A DNA stretch of 6,080 bases from a virus (lineage: Duplodnaviria; Heunggongvirae; Uroviricota; Caudoviricetes), in IMG/VR virus record IMGVR_UViG_2713896775_000008; one strand, 5' to 3'. Below, piece by piece: positions 1 through 5,355 of the stretch; positions within the stretch are counted from its first letter, which is position 1, and every line of letters starts with the position of its first letter. A program made the position numbers and the translations under genes. The notes beneath the pieces are model-generated. The model saw only the letters and a list, made by a program, of their open reading frames with translations, had not been told where the DNA came from and ran no database searches.

Positions 1-87
1 ATTTCTGATGCTGAATCAATGATGTCTGCCATCTTCCATTAATCCCTGAATTGTTGGTTAATACGCTTGGGGGTAAATGCGAGCAAT

Positions 88-108
88 AAAAAAGGAGCCT
101 GTAGCTCC
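88..108 (-). terminator. putative Rho-independent terminator for the leftward small-ORF transcript
   Basis: On the minus strand a GGAGC-TACAG-GCTCC stem-loop (plus coords 94-108) is followed directly by TTTTTTATT (plus-strand A-run 88-93), 23 nt downstream of the stop of the 131-346 ORF. The stem is short (5 bp, 6 with a G-U pair). Confidence 0.45.
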
Positions 109-130
109 CTGATAATTTTGCTTTTCATGT

Positions 131-346
131 TCATCGTTCCTTAAAGACGCCGTTTAACATGCCGATTGCCAGGCTTAAATGAGTCGGTGTGAATCCCATC
201 AGCGTTACCGTTTCGCGGTGCTTCTTCAGTACGCTACGGCAAATGTCATCGACGTTTTTATCCGGAAACTGCTGTCTGGCTTTTTTGATTTCAGAATTAG
301 CCTGACGGGCAATGCTGCGAAGGGCGTTTTCTTGCTGAGGTGTCAT
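131..346 (-). CDS. small hypothetical prophage protein (71 aa from MTPQQENALRSIARQ...)
   Basis: Open frame on the minus strand ending in TGA at 131-133. I chose the ATG at 346 (GGGG about 9 nt upstream); the ORF track gives an alternative start at 412 (93 aa), only 10 nt after the upstream ORF stop but with no Shine-Dalgarno. Size, orientation and pairing with the 63-aa ORF resemble the small proteins of the lambda exo-xis region, but I cannot verify homology without a search. Confidence 0.45.
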   Translation of the reverse strand: MTPQQENALRSIARQANSEIKKARQQFPDKNVDDICRSVLKKHRETVTLMGFTPTHLSLAIGMLNGVFKER

Positions 347-422
347 TGAACAAGCCCCATGTCGGCAAGCATAAGCACACAGAATATGAAGCCCGCTGCC
401 AGAAAAATGCATTCAGTGGTTG

Positions 423-614
423 TCATACCTGGTCTCTCTCATCTGCTTCTGCTTTCGCCACCATCATTTCCAGCTTTTGTGAAAGGGATGCGGCTAACGT
501 ATGAAATTCTTCGTCTGTTTCTACTGGTATTGGCACAAACCTGACTCCAATTTGAGCGAGGCTATGTGCCATCTCGATACACGTTCTTAACTCAACAGGA
601 GATGCTTTGTGCAT
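423..614 (-). CDS. small hypothetical prophage protein (63 aa, MHKASPVELRTCIEMAHSLAQIG...)
   Basis: Minus-strand ORF of 63 aa with a G-rich stretch (GGGGGG) 4 nt upstream of the ATG, transcribed in tandem with the 131-346 ORF. It is acidic and helical-looking. Possibly a lambda orf63-like exo-xis region protein; unverified. Confidence 0.5.
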   Translation of the reverse strand: MHKASPVELRTCIEMAHSLAQIGVRFVPIPVETDEEFHTLAASLSQKLEMMVAKAEADERDQV

Positions 615-732
615 ACAGCCCCCCGTTTATTATTTATCTCCTCAGCCAGCCGCTGTGCTTTCAGGGGATTTCTGATAACAGAAAGGCCGGGAAATACCCA
701 GCCTCGCTTTGTAACGGAGTAGACGAAAGTGA

Positions 733-957
733 TCGCACCTACCGGAAACAACGCGCGGCGCTCTTTACTCGTTCGTCTATAACGTGGGCGCAGGCAATTT
801 CAGAACATCTACTCTTCTTCGCAAAATAAACCAGGGCGATATCAAGGGCGCATGTGACCAGCTACGTCGCTGGGCATACGCTGGCGGTAAGCAATGGAAA
901 GGCCTGATGACTCGTCGTGAGATTGAGCGTGAGGTCTGTTTGTGGGGGCAACAATGA
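733..957 (+). pseudogene. endolysin (phage lysozyme) 3' remnant, 5' two-thirds missing
   Basis: The frame reads [74 protein letters not shown], which matches from memory the C-terminal ~75 aa of P21-type lambdoid endolysins. An in-frame TGA lies at 730-732 and there is no start or lysozyme-like sequence upstream. The stop TGA (955-957) overlaps the Rz start in ATGA, the classical R-Rz junction. Confidence 0.75.
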
Positions 958-1418
958 GCAGGGTAACCGCGATTATCTCCGCTCTGGTTATCTGCATCAT
1001 CGTCTGCCTGTCATGGGCTGTTAATCATTACCGTGATAACGCCATTACCTACAAAGCCCAGCGCGACAAAAATGCCAGAGAACTGAAGCTGGCGAACGCG
1101 GCAATTACTGACATGCAGATGCGTCAGCGTGATGTTGCTGCGCTCGATGCAAAATACACGAAGGAGTTAGCTGATGCGAAAGCTGAAAATGATGCTCTGC
1201 GTGATGATGTTGCCGCTGGTCGTCGTCGGTTGCACATCAAAGCAGTCTGTCAGTCAGTGCGTGAAGCCACCACCGCCTCCGGCGTGGATAATGCAGCCTC
1301 CCCCCGACTGGCAGACACCGCTGAACGGGATTATTTCACCCTCCGGGAACGACTGGTAATGATGCAGGCCCAACTTGAAGGTGCTCAGCAATACATAACC
1401 GAGCAGTGTTTAAAGTAA
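954..1418 (+). CDS. Rz: Rz i-spanin (inner-membrane spanin subunit)
   Basis: 154-aa product [60 protein letters not shown]..., near-identical over most of its length to lambda Rz as I recall it. It has an N-terminal transmembrane segment and a coiled-coil periplasmic domain. The ATG at 954 overlaps the endolysin remnant stop. Confidence 0.9.
   Translation: MSRVTAIISALVICIIVCLSWAVNHYRDNAITYKAQRDKNARELKLANAAITDMQMRQRDVAALDAKYTKELADAKAENDALRDDVAAGRRRLHIKAVCQSVREATTASGVDNAASPRLADTAERDYFTLRERLVMMQAQLEGAQQYITEQCLK
1174..1359 (+). CDS. Rz1: Rz1 o-spanin (outer-membrane lipoprotein), nested in the +1 frame of Rz
   Basis: 61-aa product [61 protein letters not shown] with a lipobox (VVVGC) and proline-rich mature region. 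A strong AAGGAG Shine-Dalgarno lies at 1161-1166, 7 nt before the ATG. It is wholly embedded in Rz, as in lambda, and corresponds to rzoR-type genes of Rac-like prophages. Confidence 0.85.
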   Translation: MRKLKMMLCVMMLPLVVVGCTSKQSVSQCVKPPPPPAWIMQPPPDWQTPLNGIISPSGNDW

Positions 1419-1439
1419 AATCTTAACTACAATATGATT

Positions 1440-1540
1440 CATTTTGATGATTGTTTCATAAGGAACAGTGAAGTAAGATCTAAGAGGAGTTAAATTTTAT
1501 ACAGTATAATCATAATATTGCAGCAAGGTGGTTATAATTG
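1440..1540 (+). promoter_or_regulatory. AT-rich putative promoter region upstream of trkG
   Basis: AT-rich intergenic tract with two TATAAT hexamers (1505-1510 and 1533-1538) and an AAGGTGG Shine-Dalgarno at 1525-1531. I could not pair either -10 hexamer with a good -35 at 16-18 bp, so the exact promoter is not defined. Confidence 0.3.
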
Positions 1541-1555
1541 AAAGAATATTTAGAT

Positions 1556-3013
1556 ATGAATACATCTCATGTAAGAGTTGTTACTCATATGTGTGGGTTC
1601 CTGGTTTGGCTCTATAGTCTTTCAATGTTGCCACCAATGGTTGTAGCATTGTTTTATAAAGAAAAAAGCCTGTTCGTTTTCTTTATAACTTTCGTTATAT
1701 TTTTTTGCATTGGTGGCGGAGCGTGGTATACAACTAAGAAATCTGGCATTCAATTACGTACCCGTGATGGGTTTATTATAATTGTAATGTTTTGGATTTT
1801 GTTTTCTGTTATTAGTGCATTCCCTTTATGGATTGACTCAGAACTTAATTTAACGTTCATTGATGCTCTGTTTGAAGGGGTTTCTGGAATAACAACAACA
1901 GGAGCAACTGTAATTGATGATGTTAGTTCATTACCTCGGGCATATTTGTACTATCGGTCACAGTTAAATTTTATAGGTGGTTTAGGAGTTATTGTTCTGG
2001 CGGTTGCTGTATTGCCATTATTGGGTATTGGTGGTACAAAGCTTTATCAGTCAGAAATGCCGGGGCCATTTAAGGATGACAAACTCACTCCCCGCCTGGC
2101 CGATACGTCACGGACACTGTGGATAACTTATTCTTTATTAGGTATTGCTTGTATTGTCTGTTATAGACTTGCAGGAATGCCTTTGTTTGATGCTATTTGT
2201 CACGGGATTTCCACAGTTTCGCTTGGTGGTTTCTCAACTCATAGCGAGAGTATCGGATATTTTAATAACTATTTGGTTGAGCTGGTGGCTGGTTCTTTTT
2301 CCCTGCTATCGGCTTTCAACTTCACTCTTTGGTATATTGTTATTAGCAGGAAAACGATAAAACCTTTAATCAGAGATATTGAACTTCGTTTCTTTCTGTT
2401 AATAGCCTTAGGGGTGATCATTGTTACCTCTTTCCAGGTCTGGCATATAGGTATGTATGACTTGCATGGAAGTTTTATTCATTCGTTTTTTCTTGCCAGC
2501 TCCATGCTCACTGATAATGGTTTAGCTACGCAGGATTATGCAAACTGGCCCACGCACACGATAGTGTTTTTGCTGTCGTCAAGTTTCTTTGGGGGATGTA
2601 TAGGTTCAACTTGTGGTGGAATTAAGTCACTTCGATTTCTTATACTTTTCAAACAAAGCAAACACGAGATAAATCAGCTTTCTCATCCCAGAGCGTTGTT
2701 GAGTGTAAATGTAGGAGGGAAGATAGTTACAGATCGTGTAATGAGGTCTGTATGGAGTTTCTTTTTTCTTTATACTCTCTTCACGGTGTTTTTTATACTG
2801 GTGTTAAATGGTATGGGATATGATTTTCTTACATCATTTGCAACAGTGGCTGCATGTATTAATAATATGGGATTAGGTTTTGGGGCTACTGCATCGTCAT
2901 TCGGAGTGCTTAATGACATTGCAAAATATTTAATGTGCATAGCTATGATTCTTGGTCGCCTTGAAATTTATCCTGTTATTATATTGTTTTCAGGTTTTTT
3001 TTGGCGCTCCTAA
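1556..3013 (+). CDS. trkG: Trk-system K+ uptake protein TrkG (TrkH/KtrB family membrane transporter)
   Basis: 485-aa polytopic membrane protein starting MNTSHVRVVTHMCGFLVWLYSLSMLPP..., with repeated glycine-containing selectivity-filter-like segments typical of TrkH-family proteins (e.g. TTTGATV, LGVIVLAVAVLPLLGIGG). It matches E. coli TrkG, which is known to reside in the Rac prophage. GC content is markedly lower than the flanks. An alternative TTG start at 1538 sits 6 nt after the AAGGTGG Shine-Dalgarno and would add 6 aa (MKEYLD). Confidence 0.93.
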   Translation: MNTSHVRVVTHMCGFLVWLYSLSMLPPMVVALFYKEKSLFVFFITFVIFFCIGGGAWYTTKKSGIQLRTRDGFIIIVMFWILFSVISAFPLWIDSELNLTFIDALFEGVSGITTTGATVIDDVSSLPRAYLYYRSQLNFIGGLGVIVLAVAVLPLLGIGGTKLYQSEMPGPFKDDKLTPRLADTSRTLWITYSLLGIACIVCYRLAGMPLFDAICHGISTVSLGGFSTHSESIGYFNNYLVELVAGSFSLLSAFNFTLWYIVISRKTIKPLIRDIELRFFLLIALGVIIVTSFQVWHIGMYDLHGSFIHSFFLASSMLTDNGLATQDYANWPTHTIVFLLSSSFFGGCIGSTCGGIKSLRFLILFKQSKHEINQLSHPRALLSVNVGGKIVTDRVMRSVWSFFFLYTLFTVFFILVLNGMGYDFLTSFATVAACINNMGLGFGATASSFGVLNDIAKYLMCIAMILGRLEIYPVIILFSGFFWRS

Positions 3014-3099
3014 TATATGGCTGATTTATAATTGTGAGTTTAATATTATATTGACTCACTCATTGATCCAATACCTAACTTTACCAGCAACACCTCCGC

Positions 3100-3134
3100 C
3101 CCCAGTAGCACTGGCTGCTGGGGTGCGTTTTATT
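3100..3134 (+). terminator. putative terminator downstream of trkG
   Basis: Imperfect stem CCCCAGTAGC (3100-3109) / GCTGCTGGGG (3114-3123) with loop ACTG and one mismatch, followed after TGCG by TTTTATT (3128-3134). The U-tract is not directly adjacent to the stem. Confidence 0.4.
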
Positions 3135-3150
3135 CATAAAGCAAGGCTGT

Positions 3151-3582
3151 ATGAGCGAGAAATTAAAGATAGTCTATCGCCCATTACAAGAATTGTCACC
3201 GTATGCGCACAACGCCAGGACGCACAGTACTGAGCAGGTGGCACAACTGGTAGAAAGTATTAAGCAATTCGGCTGGACTAATCCGGTGCTGATTGACGAA
3301 AAGGGCGAAATTATTGCGGGTCACGGTCGTGTTATGGCGGCTGAAATGCTCAAAATGGATTCTGTTCCGGTCATTGTTCTGTCTGGCCTGACGGATGAGC
3401 AGAAAAAGGCGTACCGCCTGGCAGATAATCGCCTACCGATGAATGCTGGCTGGGATGAAGATCTGTTGCGGATGGAGCTGTCGGACCTAATCAATGCTGA
3501 TTTTGATGTCTCCCTGACAGGCTTCGGCCCGACAGAAATTGATGAACTGTTGACGGATGTTTTGCCCGGTATCGGGCCTTAA
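3151..3582 (+). CDS. ParB-like nuclease-domain protein (ParB N-terminal/sulfiredoxin fold), possibly a truncated ParB-methyltransferase
   Basis: 143-aa ORF with AAGG 4 nt upstream of the ATG. The N-terminus (KIVYRPLQELSPYAHNARTHS...GEIIAGHGRVMAA) carries the hallmark ParB N-terminal domain motifs seen in standalone ParB-like proteins and in phage ParB-DNA methyltransferase fusions. It ends where the methyltransferase domain would start in such fusions. Confidence 0.75.
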   Translation: MSEKLKIVYRPLQELSPYAHNARTHSTEQVAQLVESIKQFGWTNPVLIDEKGEIIAGHGRVMAAEMLKMDSVPVIVLSGLTDEQKKAYRLADNRLPMNAGWDEDLLRMELSDLINADFDVSLTGFGPTEIDELLTDVLPGIGP

Positions 3583-3585
3583 TTT

Positions 3586-4113
3586 TTACTCTGGTTTTTG
3601 TGGCCATTCAGGATTTGCCGTATCCACACGGCTGACCAGAACACTGTAGCGTTCCCATGCTTCCAGTCGTGTGCGTTCCTCGTCTGTTGCCATATTCAGC
3701 CTGACAGCGCGTTCCAGCGGTTGGATGACTGATTCAGCTTCGGAAAGCAATGCGGCCTTTTGTGATTCGGCCTGTTGTTGTTGCTCGTCTGCCGTATAAA
3801 TCCGTTTAACCACAGCTCCGTCCCTAAACATCCACTTACTGGAATCATCAGCGCAGCGGTTGGCTGTAATATCTGGAACCTCAACGACGCTATAACCTTC
3901 AGGGTTAAGCGTGGAGGCATCTTTGGTGATGGCGACAATAATATTATTTGCATCGTAAACAATCTTTATTGTGTCTGGCTGAAAGTTTTTCACTTCCTCA
4001 TACCAGTTTTTTCCGTCTTCGGACCATAACCAGATAACATCAAAATTCTTTGTTAGCTGATATTGTTCTTTTGTTTTTGGATTTCCAGACTTAATATTTT
4101 TTAAATGCTGCAT
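3586..4113 (-). CDS. tfa: phage tail fibre assembly protein (Tfa chaperone)
   Basis: 175-aa minus-strand ORF. Its C-terminal region ([30 protein letters not shown]) matches the conserved C-terminus of lambda/e14/Rac Tfa proteins as I recall them. An AGGTG Shine-Dalgarno sits 6 nt upstream of the ATG, and the gene starts 3 nt after the tail-fibre cassette stop, the usual stf-tfa coupling. Confidence 0.88.
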   Translation of the reverse strand: MQHLKNIKSGNPKTKEQYQLTKNFDVIWLWSEDGKNWYEEVKNFQPDTIKIVYDANNIIVAITKDASTLNPEGYSVVEVPDITANRCADDSSKWMFRDGAVVKRIYTADEQQQQAESQKAALLSEAESVIQPLERAVRLNMATDEERTRLEAWERYSVLVSRVDTANPEWPQKPE

Positions 4114-4116
4114 AAA

Positions 4117-5121
4117 TTACACCTGTACGACGTTATACCATGTGCCATTGATGTATTTTTGTATTGGTCTGAATACTGCCGGATCATCGCCATCAACTGC
4201 ACCGATAATGCCAAGCCCCGTAATTGCATGACCTGATTTCTCATACATCACGCCTTTTTGCATAGTCTGAACAACACGTGTACCAAGTCGGACATCTCTC
4301 ACATAACGTGAGTCAAAATTACCATAATTGCCGGGAATAACTTGCGCACCGCAAAGCCAGTTGCCATTGTTGTCCATGTACGCCTGACCATCGGTGCCAT
4401 TGGCTGTCCTTGAGTTATTAATCATGTAGATGCCAAATTGCTTATTCCCCAGTCCACCAATCATAAATTTGCGATCAGCGTGGTCCTGACGAAGTAATGC
4501 CTGCGCACCATCGGTGGATACCGCATTGCGTCCCAAAATAACATTCTGGTCACGCATATGAATCCACATGCCGGTACTACTGTTAATTGCAAAACGGTTT
4601 GCAAATATATCCCCTGTAACATCAAGACCATGCCCCATGCTTATCCGACCAGTTCTGAGATTAAGCGTAAAGGGGCGTAGTGGCCCTATATCACCATTTT
4701 CTCCCTCATTCTCTCGTGTAGGGATGATATGCAGGCATTCTTCAGAACGACGAAAAATAGCACCAAAAGATGAATTAAATATCCTCAGTGCATTGACTGT
4801 CGATATTTTTACTTCACTGCTGAAAAGGGCTTTAACAAGGACAGACAAAGCATCCCATTTAAGAGTCATCAGGTCTTTTGTTGTGGTGCTCTGGCGGCTT
4901 CTCCATTTGAAATATTCATTGCCGTTGTCGCCTGTTTCAAACCACATGTATGAATCAGTGTCGCTGTCGGCATTATTTTTAAAACCAATCTTTGCCCAGT
5001 CAGTATTTCTAATCCAGGCAAGGATTGAGTCGTTTTCAAAAGTAAGCCCACCGGACAAGGTATCGCCATTCTTTTGCACGGCGTTCCTGGCCCTGTTTAC
5101 CGTTTCCTGTAAACCGAGGTT
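4117..5121 (-). CDS. stf: tail fibre C-terminal (receptor-binding) variable cassette, partial and start-less
   Basis: Minus-strand open frame of about 334 codons with tail-fibre-like composition (Gly/Asn/Thr-rich, ...GDTLSGGLTFENDSILAWIRN...GTWYNVVQV), immediately followed by tfa. The frame is open from just after an in-frame TAA at 5122-5124 inside the crossover site. It has no ATG or Shine-Dalgarno; the ORF-track start at 5079 is an internal GTG. This is the expected structure of the silent variable half of an invertible tail-fibre segment. Confidence 0.78.
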   Translation of the reverse strand, partial: NLGLQETVNRARNAVQKNGDTLSGGLTFENDSILAWIRNTDWAKIGFKNNADSDTDSYMWFETGDNGNEYFKWRSRQSTTTKDLMTLKWDALSVLVKALFSSEVKISTVNALRIFNSSFGAIFRRSEECLHIIPTRENEGENGDIGPLRPFTLNLRTGRISMGHGLDVTGDIFANRFAINSSTGMWIHMRDQNVILGRNAVSTDGAQALLRQDHADRKFMIGGLGNKQFGIYMINNSRTANGTDGQAYMDNNGNWLCGAQVIPGNYGNFDSRYVRDVRLGTRVVQTMQKGVMYEKSGHAITGLGIIGAVDGDDPAVFRPIQKYINGTWYNVVQV

Positions 5122-5129
5122 TTAGATAA
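5104..5129. other. gix/pix/cix-type 26-bp crossover site for a serine DNA invertase
   Basis: TTCCTGTAAACC-GA-GGTTTTAGATAA: two 12-bp half-sites in imperfect inverted symmetry around a central GA dinucleotide. From memory it differs from the phage Mu gix site at about one position. It lies 55 bp upstream of the invertase start and at the 5' boundary of the tail-fibre cassette. Confidence 0.75.
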
Positions 5130-5183
5130 TGGCGGTTTCTGGCCTGCATGGCATGATTTGTGCTTTTGGACGGGAGATTCAGC

Positions 5184-5292
5184 GTGCTGATTGGCTATGT
5201 AAGGGTATCAACAAATGACCAGAATACAGACCTGCAACGAAACGCTCTTGTTTGTGCAGGATGTGAACAAATATTTGAAGATAAATTAAGCG
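5184..5292 (+). pseudogene. pin: Gin/Pin/Cin/Hin-family serine DNA invertase, N-terminal 37 codons only (interrupted by IS26)
   Basis: The frame from GTG 5184 reads [37 protein letters not shown], the diagnostic serine-recombinase N-terminus with catalytic Ser in the YVRVSTxDQ motif, matching Pin/Gin as I recall them. The reading frame runs straight into the IS26 inverted repeat at 5293. Alternative in-frame starts are GTG 5160 and TTG 5166. Confidence 0.85.
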
Positions 5293-5306
5293 GGCACTGT
5301 TGCAAA
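5293..5306 (+). repeat. IS26 left terminal inverted repeat (14 bp)
   Basis: Exact GGCACTGTTGCAAA. The 8 bp immediately outside (ATTAAGCG, 5285-5292) would be the target-site duplication if this was a simple insertion, but the right flank is not in the window. Confidence 0.85.
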
Positions 5307-5355
5307 TAGTCGGTGGTGATAAACTTATCATCCCCTTTTGCTGATGGAGCTGCAC

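Noticed and set aside
1-32. Possible minus-strand ORF start (MADIIDSASEI...) running off the left edge
   Set aside because: Only about 10 codons are visible, the putative Shine-Dalgarno abuts the ATG, and it lies downstream of the minus-strand terminator. It cannot be supported from this window.
359-544. 61-aa plus-strand ORF
   Set aside because: It is antisense to both small minus-strand ORFs and has no ribosome-binding site.
566-829. 87-aa plus-strand ORF crossing the endolysin breakpoint
   Set aside because: It reads in a different frame from the endolysin remnant and has no recognisable features. It could in principle be a fusion ORF created by the deletion, but nothing supports translation.
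1933-1940. ACCTCGGG motif resembling the core of the crossover site, as a candidate second inversion site
   Set aside because: Only the central 7-8 bp match, the flanking half-sites do not, and it sits inside the trkG coding sequence. It is most likely a chance match.
2145-2360. 71-aa plus-strand ORF in an alternative frame of trkG
   Set aside because: It is wholly internal to trkG; its hydrophobic composition is a by-product of the AT-rich, T-rich coding strand.
2952-3233. 93-aa plus-strand ORF spanning the trkG 3' end, the intergenic region and the start of the ParB-like gene
   Set aside because: It overlaps two better-supported genes in other frames and runs through the terminator hairpin. 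It is most likely a chance open frame.
1538-3582. The trkG plus ParB-like pair as a novel two-gene defence system
   Set aside because: Both genes have ordinary, well-precedented identities (a K+ transporter moron and a ParB-domain protein), they are separated by a terminator-like hairpin, and nothing in the sequence links them functionally. Proposing a new system would be speculation.
3696-4029. Overlapping 88-aa (minus) and 84-aa (plus) ORFs inside tfa
   Set aside because: Both are alternative-frame or antisense ORFs within the well-supported tfa gene and lack independent signals.
4869-5069. 66-aa minus-strand ORF
   Set aside because: An alternative frame nested within the tail-fibre cassette, with no ribosome-binding site or independent support.
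4568-5125. 185-aa plus-strand ORF
   Set aside because: It is antisense to the tail-fibre cassette and crosses the crossover site. Its composition is low-complexity (Ser/Leu/Arg/Pro-rich) with no recognisable domain, whereas the minus-strand frame has tail-fibre character and the correct tfa coupling.
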